Assembly: GCA_001871075.1 (NCBI GenBank)
Contig: MNUP01000059.1
Location: 1 to 37,624, forward strand
Source: Candidatus Desantisbacteria bacterium CG1_02_49_89
GTDB taxonomy: Bacteria; Desantisbacteria; UBA1551
DNA length: 37,624 nt
Direction of reading: 5' to 3'
Part shown: positions 1 through 8,493 of the stretch, one piece after another
Position numbering within the stretch: position 1 is the stretch's first letter
Layout: the number at the start of each line of letters is the position of its first letter
Notes under the pieces: generated by a model
The model's database searches: none
What the model saw: only the letters and a program-made list of their open reading frames with translations
Told to the model about the DNA's origin: nothing
Translations under genes and position numbers: made by a program

Positions 1-147
1 GTACCTGCGTTAAGTTCCGCAGGAACTGCAGGTATTGGAGTAGCAGGGGTCAAGAGAAAAATGCGGTTCCCTGACAGGGCACCTACGGCACTAAACTTAT
101 TGACAAATAAGTAATTTAATCCTCGGAACAAATACAAAGGAAAAAGC

Positions 148-1452
148 ATGTACGAATTCGACGCGCCAGCTGTTTACGCTCACGAGTCCGTGATCGCGGA
201 TGCACGGTGCAGGGTGCGCATGGAAAAGGTTATTTCGGCGCTCACGCATCCCAGGGAACCGAAGGTATTCACAGACGAAAACATCCTCAGCCTGATCGGG
301 CAGGATAAATTTTTTTCCGGGTGCAACAGGGCGATGGGAACGCTTGAACAGATCCCCGATCCTGTTATCGTGTTCAACAAGTTCAAATTCAGCGATATTG
401 CCCGGGAACAACTGAAACCCCTGAAAGAAAAACTTCTAAAAATAACTGACGCGCAAAGGGCGCTTGCCCTGACAGGGGACGGCGCGTTTGACTGGGCATG
501 CTATAATCTTCCGGAAGACCCCGACCGCAACGATAAGGTCTGCCGCCCCTGCTGGAGGATACACTTCCAGGCAGGATGCCTGCACAAGTGCCATTACTGC
601 GGGTTCGGCGGAGTGCTTATAACAATGACGAACGCCGAGGATTATATTCTTCAGCTGGGCAGGCTCATGCAGGCCCATCCGTGGCAGGAAACATTCCTGC
701 TGGAAGACGACGCTGACGTGCTGTGCCTGGAGCCTGAATTAGACTGCACAGGCCCTATCATCGAGTTTTTCGGCACCCTTAAGGACCGCTACCTTATCCT
801 GCACACGAAAAGCTGGAACACGGACTGGATGTACGGGCTGAAGCACAACGGCAAAACCATTATTGTATGGAGCATCGCCGGCCCTGCCCAGAGCAGGGAC
901 ATAGAGCCGAAAACAGGCTTAACAGAACAGAGGATCGAGGCGGCAAGGAAGTGCCAGGACGCGGGCTACACTGTCCGTTACAAGTTCAAGCCGATAATCC
1001 CGGTTGAAGGATGGAGGGAAGAAGCTTCCGGGACGATCGAGCAGGTGTTCAAAAAAACAAAGCCTGATGTCATAAGCCTGTGCTGTTTTATGTGGATGGG
1101 CATAGACGACCTTAAAAAGAAGCTCGCGAAACACAGGATGGACCCCGTTTTTATAAAAGCCGCTGAGGATGCCAGGGAGGAAACAAAGAACACGACGAGC
1201 AAGCCATTCCCGGAATGGGTACGCGCAGAGATCTACGAGTATTATCTTAATGAGATCAGGAAATATAACCGCGAGATACCTGTCTCGCTTTCCACAGAGA
1301 CCTGGTCCATGTGGAGCAGGATAGGCAAAAAATTCGGGTTTACCGCCACTAACTACGTTTGCGGGTGCGGGCCCAACTCGATACCGAACCGCAAGATCCT
1401 TTTGGCCCATCCTTACACGCAGGCGAAGCGGAACGGATCCTGGATAAAATAA
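148..1452 (+). CDS. Radical SAM protein, spore photoproduct lyase (SplB)-like family
   Basis: CxxxCxxC motif GCLHKCHYC; SPL-like segments LHTKS...HNGKTIIVWSI, IEPKT...RIEAARKCQDAGY and FKPIIP; AAGGA RBS before the ATG. Confidence 0.8.
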   Translation: MYEFDAPAVYAHESVIADARCRVRMEKVISALTHPREPKVFTDENILSLIGQDKFFSGCNRAMGTLEQIPDPVIVFNKFKFSDIAREQLKPLKEKLLKITDAQRALALTGDGAFDWACYNLPEDPDRNDKVCRPCWRIHFQAGCLHKCHYCGFGGVLITMTNAEDYILQLGRLMQAHPWQETFLLEDDADVLCLEPELDCTGPIIEFFGTLKDRYLILHTKSWNTDWMYGLKHNGKTIIVWSIAGPAQSRDIEPKTGLTEQRIEAARKCQDAGYTVRYKFKPIIPVEGWREEASGTIEQVFKKTKPDVISLCCFMWMGIDDLKKKLAKHRMDPVFIKAAEDAREETKNTTSKPFPEWVRAEIYEYYLNEIRKYNREIPVSLSTETWSMWSRIGKKFGFTATNYVCGCGPNSIPNRKILLAHPYTQAKRNGSWIK

Positions 1453-1465
1453 AGGAGTGTTCGCG

Positions 1466-2791
1466 ATGTTCAGAAAACTAAGGCCTGAAAAAGTATACGT
1501 GACCGAGGACGTTTATTCCGATCCCGGAGCAGCGGCGTGCGTTGACCGGATAATGAGCGCGGTGGAGGGCGCGGAGGCGCAGCGCGTGTCTTATTCCGAG
1601 CTGAACGAGATCGCGCCGGCGCGCTGGAAAAATATCCCGGAGTGGGGAGCGCAAAAGGACCCGCGCGACCCTGACCTTGTCCTGACCACAGCTAAATACC
1701 CCGCCGAGAGCGAAAAAAAGGAATTCACGACCCGCTACCCGAACCTTGGGATCCGCGACATGTACGGCTTCAGCCCCACAAGGTGGCGGGCAGACGGCGA
1801 AGCTGACTGGAGGCGCAGCGCGAGGGGATGCGTGTGCCAGTCCGCCTGGCAGCTGCACGCCATTGATGGCTGCCCGTTCCGCTGCGCTTACTGCGGGCTG
1901 GGCGGCGTCAACAAGATCCTGGTCAACATGGAAGAATACGTAAAGCACCTTGACGGGGTCTGCGAGCTGGGCCCGGACCAGCGCCTTTACAAATGGGACA
2001 ACATGACCGACGTTTCATGCTTTGAGCCGGAATGGGGCGCGTCCAAACTGCTTGTCGAATACTTCGCGCGCAAACCCGGCAAGTACCTGGAGATCTACGC
2101 GGGCAAGAGCGACAACATCGATAACCTGCTCTCCCTGGACCACAGGGGCAAGACCATTATACAGTGGAGCGTGAGCGCACGCACCCAGAGCACGGTATTA
2201 GAGAAAGAAACGGCTCCGTGGGACAGGCGCGTTGAAGCCGCGGCAAGGTGCGGGGAAGCGGGATATATCGTCAGGTTCAGGTTCTCCCCGATCATTCCTG
2301 TGAAGAACTGGGAAGACGAGAACGCGGATTTGATAGACCTTATCTTCGAAAAAACGAAGCCGGACGTGATCTCGCTGTGCCCTTTCGGCTGGATGAGCTA
2401 TGAGGAAATGAAGTCCTGCATGGACATAGGCCTGCTTGACGCCCGGTTCGCGGCTGTAATGGAATCCGCTGTCCCCTTCCTTGGCGCGCGCGGCTTCACT
2501 TCAGGCGGCGGCCGCCCCATCCCCCATGACGCCAGGGCGTATATGCTGAAAGTCCTTATTGATGAGATCCGCAGGCACAGTAAAACGATCCCGGTCTCGC
2601 TGTGCCTTGAAACCCCGGAGATGTGGGCGCTGTTCGGCCGGGAGCTGGGAATGCCCGTAAACCCCGAAAAGAAAAGCTCCTATTACTGCAACTGCGGGCC
2701 GATGTGCACCCCGGAGAATCCGTTAAACAAGGGCGTGGAGCCGGGGCAGTCGTGGTACGGGCCTGACGGAACAAAGGTGCGGCTGCGCTGA
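1466..2791 (+). CDS. Radical SAM protein, SplB-like family (paralog of 148..1452)
   Basis: GCPFRCAYC; GKS...HRGKTIIQWSV, RVEAAARCGEAGY, FSPIIP, FEKTKPDVISLC shared with the upstream gene; start moved from GTG 1457 to ATG 1466 because AAGGAG lies at 1452-1457. Confidence 0.8.
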   Translation: MFRKLRPEKVYVTEDVYSDPGAAACVDRIMSAVEGAEAQRVSYSELNEIAPARWKNIPEWGAQKDPRDPDLVLTTAKYPAESEKKEFTTRYPNLGIRDMYGFSPTRWRADGEADWRRSARGCVCQSAWQLHAIDGCPFRCAYCGLGGVNKILVNMEEYVKHLDGVCELGPDQRLYKWDNMTDVSCFEPEWGASKLLVEYFARKPGKYLEIYAGKSDNIDNLLSLDHRGKTIIQWSVSARTQSTVLEKETAPWDRRVEAAARCGEAGYIVRFRFSPIIPVKNWEDENADLIDLIFEKTKPDVISLCPFGWMSYEEMKSCMDIGLLDARFAAVMESAVPFLGARGFTSGGGRPIPHDARAYMLKVLIDEIRRHSKTIPVSLCLETPEMWALFGRELGMPVNPEKKSSYYCNCGPMCTPENPLNKGVEPGQSWYGPDGTKVRLR

Positions 2792-2799
2792 CCAAAAAC

Positions 2800-2883
2800 A
2801 AGATTTCCACGAAAGCACTCCGCCCGTCTTTCAGCGGGCGAGACTTCGCCCACCTGGAAGGATGGGCGAGGAAAGTACGAAAA
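2800..2883. repeat. 84-bp composite element, copy 1 (CACGAAA array with a 52-nt double hairpin inserted)
   Basis: 80/84 identical to 34646-34729; hairpins CGCCCG-N8-CGGGCG and TCGCCCA-N10-TGGGCGA. Confidence 0.9.
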
Positions 2884-2893
2884 TACAATTTGA

Positions 2894-2985
2894 CACAGAT
2901 TGCCACTGATATCCACGGATTACTACATTTAGCTTTCAGCATCCAGCATTCAGCAGATTTTACACATGACTCATGACCCATGACT
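2894..2985. repeat. Three adjacent micro-repeat arrays
   Basis: cacagattgc/cactgatatc/cacggattac (10-mer); tcagcat/ccagcat/tcagcag (7-mer); catgact/catgacc/catgact (7-mer). Confidence 0.8.
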
Positions 2986-3004
2986 GCCTTTAAAGGGAGA
3001 AACC

Positions 3005-3985
3005 ATGCTGACTTCGAAGAAGGTGAAGGAATACGCGAAAAAATGCGGGGCTGACATAGCAGGCATTGCGTCGATGGACAGGTTCGAGGGCGCGCCCAAG
3101 CAGATGGACCCCCGCTATATTTTCCCAGACGCCAAGGCGATGATCGTGATGGGTTTCAGAATACCCAGGGGATGTTTCAGGGGAATAGAAGAAGGGACAT
3201 ATTTCGCGAACTACTGCTCGTTCGGCTACTATCACATAAACCTTGTGCGCGCAATGGACACGCTCAGGGACGTAACAATTTTCTTAGAGGACGAAGGATA
3301 CGAAGCAGTGCCTTACGACAATACGAGCGTAAGGCTGGGCTGCGACGCGGGAAGAGCGGTGTCCCCGGAAAAACCCAGGCCGGACGTGTTCGTGCACTTC
3401 CGCATAGCGGCTTTTGCGGCAGGCCTGGGAGAGATCGGGTACAGCAAGGTATTCCTCACGCCGGAATTCGGGCCGAGGCAGAGGTTCGCGCTGATACTTA
3501 CCGACGCGCCGCTTGAGCCAGACCCGCTTTTTAAGGGCGGCCTTTGCGACAGGTGCATGCAATGCGCGAAAGAATGCTCGGGAAACGCTATCAGCCGGAC
3601 AAAGACGGTAAAGATCAAAGTTGCCGGAAAAACGTGTGAATGGGGAGAACTCGATGAGGTGAAATGCGCCGGTGCATATGAGGGAGGGATAACCGAAACC
3701 AACCCTTTTCTTCCGGAGAATCTCAGGGAGGAGATCAATAGATTGCTTAAAGAGGCGCCGAAAGACGACTGGCAGGCGCAGGCAGCTTATTCGAGCAAGG
3801 TATGGAATTTCATACGGGACAAGGTCCCGTATAACCGCGCCGCGTGGGAATCATACCACCATCCCGCGCCCATTGAGGGCGCAAGAGGCTGCATGCGCGC
3901 GTGTATGATCCACCTGGAAGAACAGGGAAAGCTGAAAAACAAGTTCAAAGAGCCTTTCAGGCGGGGAAAGGCCTGGAAACTGTAA
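3005..3985 (+). CDS. Epoxyqueuosine reductase / reductive dehalogenase-like 4Fe-4S protein
   Basis: GADIAGIA N-terminus; AAFAAGLGEIGYS..LTPEFGPRQRF..ILTDAPLEPD; CDRCMQCAKEC and GCMRAC; GGGAG RBS. Family call only, true QueG activity is not shown. Confidence 0.7.
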   Translation: MLTSKKVKEYAKKCGADIAGIASMDRFEGAPKQMDPRYIFPDAKAMIVMGFRIPRGCFRGIEEGTYFANYCSFGYYHINLVRAMDTLRDVTIFLEDEGYEAVPYDNTSVRLGCDAGRAVSPEKPRPDVFVHFRIAAFAAGLGEIGYSKVFLTPEFGPRQRFALILTDAPLEPDPLFKGGLCDRCMQCAKECSGNAISRTKTVKIKVAGKTCEWGELDEVKCAGAYEGGITETNPFLPENLREEINRLLKEAPKDDWQAQAAYSSKVWNFIRDKVPYNRAAWESYHHPAPIEGARGCMRACMIHLEEQGKLKNKFKEPFRRGKAWKL

Positions 3986-3999
3986 AACAGAATAAATAC

Positions 4000-4400
4000 A
4001 TTGTAAATCTCAAATTGCAAATTGTAAATTGCAAAATTAAGAAATAACCACGGAGACACAGAGAAATACATTCAGCCACGGATGCACACAGATAAATAAC
4101 TTTTGGCTGTTGCTGACAACTCACAACTGACAACTGCCTATAGCAGCCACAGGTTAACACTGTCATAAAATTAACCACAGAGACACGGAGACACAGAGGA
4201 AAACTTTTTACAGGGATCTTCGAAAGAGATTTAAAAAGCTCAGCCACGGATAAATACTTTTTTGGCTTCAAACTCATGACAAATGACTAATGCCTGCCCG
4301 CCAATCTTACTGGGTGGGACAAATGACTGCCTTCAGCCACTGAGTTCACTGAATTCACTGAGAAATTTCCTTCAGCTAATGAGCAAATGAGCTATTGAGC
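4000..4400. repeat. Mosaic of about 9 different micro-repeat arrays
   Basis: aaattgc/aaattgt; acacagag/acacggag; ctgacaa/ctcacaa; agccacaggttaacactg; atgacaa/atgacta; cactgagtt/cactgaatt; gctaatga/gcaaatga/gctattga. Confidence 0.85.
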
Positions 4401-4425
4401 GCATTTTATGATTCACGAGGTTATG

Positions 4426-7239
4426 ATGTCAAAAAAGTTAACGAACGACGTTCGACGCATGACCCGCCCAGCAAACGTGGCGGGCAAGCTGTTCGACGTA
4501 ATTATCGCCGGCGGCGGTTTATGCGGGATAGGCGCCGCACTTGCATTAAAAAATAATCCCACTTTGAAAAAGGGGGAAAGAGGGGGATTTAATAAAATCC
4601 TTATCCTGGAGCGGCGGCTTTCACCCGGCTGGGAAGTCTGTTCCGCGCTCAGCACCGATCTTGGCGCGGACAATACATTCGTTACCTCAGTACTTAAAGA
4701 AAGGCTTACTTCTATGGGCGGGCTGAAAAACAACCGCGTTGACCCCCCGATGTTCGAGTTTCTGCTAAACGCCCTGCTTGAGGAAAAAAACATAGATATC
4801 CTGCTGTGCGCGCATCCGATGCAGGTCACCGTAAAAGGAGATCTTGTCACGGCAATTATCGCGGGGACCAAGAGCGGGGAGATGTCCTTCGGGGCGAAGA
4901 TCTTTATTGACGCCACAGAGGAAGCCCTGTTGTGGAAACAGACAGGCGTCCCTTTCACGGACAATGATCCTCCCCCTGCGGCAAGACAGGCAGTATTTTT
5001 CAATAACATCGAACAGGAAATAACCTCCCCTGTTCTCCCGGGAGATTTCGCAGAGGCAAAGAATATAGTTATCCGTCCTTCTGTCTGGCAGAAAGAAGCC
5101 TGCGCTGAATTTGATATTCCCTCAGGCTCTATTTCTTCATGCCGGCTCGCGACATTTTCAATAATCTCTTTCATACGCGAAAAAGTGCCGCAGCTTAAGG
5201 ACGCGATCGTGACGCACACGGGCTTTGAACCGCTGCCCATGGACGCGGTTTCCTGCCCGAACACCGGGGCGGAAAGCCACCCGTATTTCAGGAACCTTTT
5301 CGCGGCAGGCCTTTGGGCGGTCCCTGACACCAGGAAAAGGCAGAGATCCGCCACCCTTGCAGGCAGGATACAGATCGGGGAAAAAGCAGGCATGCTCACA
5401 TCAAATGTTCGCATAAAACCCGTAAAGCCTTCCGGCGCTGAACTCCTGTCAAAGCCCGCCACGGCTGAAGCGGATGTTGTGGTCGCGGGAGGCGGGACAG
5501 CGGGAGCTATCGCAGCCATAGCCGCGGCAAGGCAGAACGCGAACGTGATACTTATCGAAACTTCCACTGTGCTGGGAGGAATAGGAACAGGCGGGGGCAT
5601 CCATGGATACTGCGTAGGCGCGCCGGGCGGCCTGCAGGATGAAGTTGACGCGGCAGTAGAAAAGGTATCGCCTGTTTTCAGCGGCAAACACTCGGCGCAG
5701 GGTTTCCACCCGGAAGCGAAGAAATTCGCCCTCGAGCAGATGGCGCGCGACGCAGGCGTTCAAATAATATATTCATCCCTGGTTGTGGGAGTCTGCGAGA
5801 AAAAAGGCAGGCGGATAAAAAGAGTGATCGCGGCCACCCCGTCAGGCAGGACGGTATTCAGCGCGAAGGCGTTCGTGGACTGCACCGGGGACGCGGATAT
5901 CGCGGTGATGGCAGGCGCGCCGTTCACAATAGGCAGGGAATCCGACGAGGTGCCGCACTGCTACTCCCAGTCCGGGGGCCACCTGGACAAGAACGGGAAT
6001 ATGGAGATGATCAATTTTGACGCGGGCTGGGCAGACCCGTTTGACGCGTTTGACCTTACGGCTTCCAGGCGGAAAGGCCTGAAATGCCTCGAACAAAGAT
6101 TCCCGGCGCAGAACCGCCTGCTTTATATCGCTCCGATCCTCGGAGTGAGGCAGAGCAGGCAGATAGCCGGAGATTACAGGCTTACCCTCGCTGACGAGAT
6201 CCTGGCAAGAAGGTTTGAAGACTGCGTGGGGTTCATGAAAACGTTCTATGAGAACCACGCCAATGACATAGAGAACCAGAGCGATGAAGGAGTGCTTTGG
6301 ATGTGGGTACTCGGTAATTTCTTTAAACCCATAGGGTGCGAGATCCCTTACAGGTGCATGCTGCCGAAAAACGTTGAGGGATTGCTGGTAGCGTGCAGGG
6401 CTGTGTCCGTGACAATGGACGCGCACTACGGGTTTAGGATGATGCGCGACCTGCAAAGGATCGGCGAAGCAGCGGGGATCGCGGCCGCTATCTCTGCCAG
6501 GCTTGGCAAAACCCCGCGGCAGCTTGACGTGAAGCTTGTGCAGGAACAGCTTAAAAAGACCGGGGCGCTGGACGAAAAATTCCGCCCTGTCCCCCTGATC
6601 CCCGAGAACTTCAGGAACGACACGTCGAGGCTTGCCGAAACAGGCGAGCCGAAAGACATAATCTACCCGCTCGCAATATCAGGCAAAAGCGCCGTACCCG
6701 CCCTTCTAAAGATCCTTGAAACCGCTAAGCCCGAAAACAAATTCCTGCCTGCTGTGGCGCTGGCGATGCTTAAAAGGAAAGAGGCGGTCCGGGAACTGGT
6801 AAAGAACGTGGTTGAGCGCAATCCTGCCAGGGTCCAGGAGAACGGGGCTGCGCCCAGATGGAAATCAGCGATCGTAATGCTCGGCAGGGCGGGAAGCCCG
6901 GAAGCCCTGCCTGCCCTTCTCGGCGTGCTTGAAGACAAGAATGCGGATGCTGACGCTCTTATCGCCGCATTGCGCGCGATGGGCAGGATCAAGAACAGGA
7001 AAGCCGTTCCTATGATCCTGAAATTCCTGAAGCGAAAAGATATCCCGCAAATACGCAAGTTCCAGGTCTCCTGCGCGGGTGTTGCGCCTGTTGAGGAAGA
7101 TGTTCTCTGGCAGATAGAACTTGCGGCTGCGGAAGCTCTTGCCGCACTGGGAAAGCCCCAGCCCAGTATAATAAGGAAGTACCTGGACCATCCGCGGTCC
7201 TACGTAAGAAGGTACGCTGCTAAAATAAAAGGGACTTAG
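4426..7239 (+). CDS. FAD-dependent oxidoreductase with two FAD_oxidored-type domains and C-terminal HEAT repeats
   Basis: Two Rossmann motifs (DVIIAGGGLCG; DVVVAGGGTAG); AKIFIDATEEA / AKAFVDCTGDAD; EIPYRCMLPKNVEGLLVACRAVS; helical HEAT-like tail. Start placed at 4426 after GAGG (4423 and 4408 also possible). Confidence 0.8.
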   Translation: MSKKLTNDVRRMTRPANVAGKLFDVIIAGGGLCGIGAALALKNNPTLKKGERGGFNKILILERRLSPGWEVCSALSTDLGADNTFVTSVLKERLTSMGGLKNNRVDPPMFEFLLNALLEEKNIDILLCAHPMQVTVKGDLVTAIIAGTKSGEMSFGAKIFIDATEEALLWKQTGVPFTDNDPPPAARQAVFFNNIEQEITSPVLPGDFAEAKNIVIRPSVWQKEACAEFDIPSGSISSCRLATFSIISFIREKVPQLKDAIVTHTGFEPLPMDAVSCPNTGAESHPYFRNLFAAGLWAVPDTRKRQRSATLAGRIQIGEKAGMLTSNVRIKPVKPSGAELLSKPATAEADVVVAGGGTAGAIAAIAAARQNANVILIETSTVLGGIGTGGGIHGYCVGAPGGLQDEVDAAVEKVSPVFSGKHSAQGFHPEAKKFALEQMARDAGVQIIYSSLVVGVCEKKGRRIKRVIAATPSGRTVFSAKAFVDCTGDADIAVMAGAPFTIGRESDEVPHCYSQSGGHLDKNGNMEMINFDAGWADPFDAFDLTASRRKGLKCLEQRFPAQNRLLYIAPILGVRQSRQIAGDYRLTLADEILARRFEDCVGFMKTFYENHANDIENQSDEGVLWMWVLGNFFKPIGCEIPYRCMLPKNVEGLLVACRAVSVTMDAHYGFRMMRDLQRIGEAAGIAAAISARLGKTPRQLDVKLVQEQLKKTGALDEKFRPVPLIPENFRNDTSRLAETGEPKDIIYPLAISGKSAVPALLKILETAKPENKFLPAVALAMLKRKEAVRELVKNVVERNPARVQENGAAPRWKSAIVMLGRAGSPEALPALLGVLEDKNADADALIAALRAMGRIKNRKAVPMILKFLKRKDIPQIRKFQVSCAGVAPVEEDVLWQIELAAAEALAALGKPQPSIIRKYLDHPRSYVRRYAAKIKGT

Positions 7240-7253
7240 TTAAAGAATTGGCG

Positions 7254-7314
7254 GTCATTGCGAACAAAGTGAAGCAATCTAATATTCAGATTGCTTCGTT
7301 TCACTCGCAATGAC
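7254..7314. repeat. GTCATTGCGA...TCGCAATGAC palindromic element, simple copy
   Basis: Terminal IR gtcattgcga/tcgcaatgac and inner IR gaagcaatct/agattgcttc; related copies at 10952-11024 and 30757-30984. Confidence 0.85.
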
Positions 7315-7380
7315 AAACAAGAATCACCCTAACCACAATCCTCCCCCGTTAAAGGGACGAGGAAAATTAAGGAAGTAATT

Positions 7381-8346
7381 ATGATAAGTAAAGAACTTGT
7401 AAAGCAGGCGATATATTTTAAGGGGCCGGAAAGGGTGCCGATAAGGTTCGCCCAGAATCCTGACGCTTCCGACATTGTGGGGCTGGGATTTAATCAGCCT
7501 AAAGGCTGGACTCCATCTAAAGAAAATGAGGACGAATGGCATTGCGTGTGGGATAACCTGATCGGCACAGGCCTGGGCCAGGTAAAAGGCCATCCTATAG
7601 ACAGATGGGAAAGATTGGAAGATTACAAGATTCCAAACCCTCACGACCAAACAAGATTCGAAGACCTGACGGCCGCTATCGATAGGTACAAAGGCAAATA
7701 CCTGACAGCAGGGATCGGGATATCCGGGTTCAACAAGCTCACGTTCCTGAGGGGTTTCGAGAACCTGCTGGCTGACATCTACACAGAGCCGGAAAAATTC
7801 AATAAACTTGCCGATATGGTATTTGATTTCGAAACAGGCCTGATCAAAGAATACGCGAAATTCCAAATTGACGCGATATGGTTCGGGGATGACTGGGGAA
7901 CCGAAAGGTCGCTTATAATAAATCCCGTGAAATGGCGGGAAGTATTCAAGCCCAGGTATAAAAAGCAGTTTGATCTCTGCCACAAACAGGGAATGGACGT
8001 AATATTCCATTCCTGCGGGTTCATCTGGGACATAATCCCTGATTTCATTGAGATCGGGGTAAACGTCCTGAACTGCGAACAGCCTATGATATTCGGGGTG
8101 GACAAGCTCGCGAAGGCATTCGGCGGGAAGGTTTGCTTCCATACCAACGTGGACGGGCAGAGAATGCTGCCAACAGCGACCCCAGAAGAAATTGTTACCG
8201 AAGCAAGGCACCTGATCGAAGCGTTCAGGCCGTATAGCGGCGGGTTTATCGCGTACGGGGACGCAACAGCAGACCACGGGTACGTGCCGAAGGAGAACGT
8301 CGCGGCGATGTCTAAGGCATTCGTGGAATTCGGCAAGCTTAAATAA
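7381..8346 (+). CDS. Uroporphyrinogen decarboxylase / MtaA-CmuA methyltransferase family protein
   Basis: LRGFENLLAD, WFGDDWG, FHSCG, GGFI motifs typical of URO-D-fold proteins. Confidence 0.8.
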   Translation: MISKELVKQAIYFKGPERVPIRFAQNPDASDIVGLGFNQPKGWTPSKENEDEWHCVWDNLIGTGLGQVKGHPIDRWERLEDYKIPNPHDQTRFEDLTAAIDRYKGKYLTAGIGISGFNKLTFLRGFENLLADIYTEPEKFNKLADMVFDFETGLIKEYAKFQIDAIWFGDDWGTERSLIINPVKWREVFKPRYKKQFDLCHKQGMDVIFHSCGFIWDIIPDFIEIGVNVLNCEQPMIFGVDKLAKAFGGKVCFHTNVDGQRMLPTATPEEIVTEARHLIEAFRPYSGGFIAYGDATADHGYVPKENVAAMSKAFVEFGKLK

Positions 8347-8355
8347 AGATACATT

Positions 8356-8482
8356 TCAAAAGTCAAATTGCAAATTGCAAAATTTAAATTGACAAAAAAC
8401 TTACAGTGTAATATATAATTTTCTATATTTCTATATTTTAAAAATTTGAAATTTACAATTTACAATTTGAAATTTACAATTT
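8356..8482. repeat. Inverted pair of AAATTG/CAATTT 7-mer arrays around a promoter
   Basis: caaattgcaaattgcaaaatttaaattg on the left and aatttgaaatttacaatttacaatttgaaatttacaatt on the right. Confidence 0.75.
8389..8419 (+). promoter_or_regulatory. Candidate sigma70 promoter for the GH38 gene
   Basis: TTGACA 8389-8394 and TATAAT 8414-8419; 19-bp spacer is longer than optimal. Confidence 0.45.
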
Positions 8483-8493
8483 TAGGAGTATAC

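Noticed and set aside
2-120. Hairpin tacctgc..agttcc-gca-ggaact-gcaggta and TTGACA at 100-105
   Set aside because: Hairpin context is cut by the window edge and has no U-tract; the TTGACA has no -10 at a usable spacing.
3787-4277. Small ORFs across repeat spacers (also 2556-2981, 18591-18821, 30744-30986) and N-terminal extensions in the ORF track
   Set aside because: They translate repeat or palindrome DNA (FTICNL, LCLRVSVV, SLRG) and lack RBS support.
4413-5687. Long antisense ORFs (424 aa here; also 31840-32904, 7324-8277, 23522-24295)
   Set aside because: Shadows of well-supported genes on the opposite strand, with no motifs.
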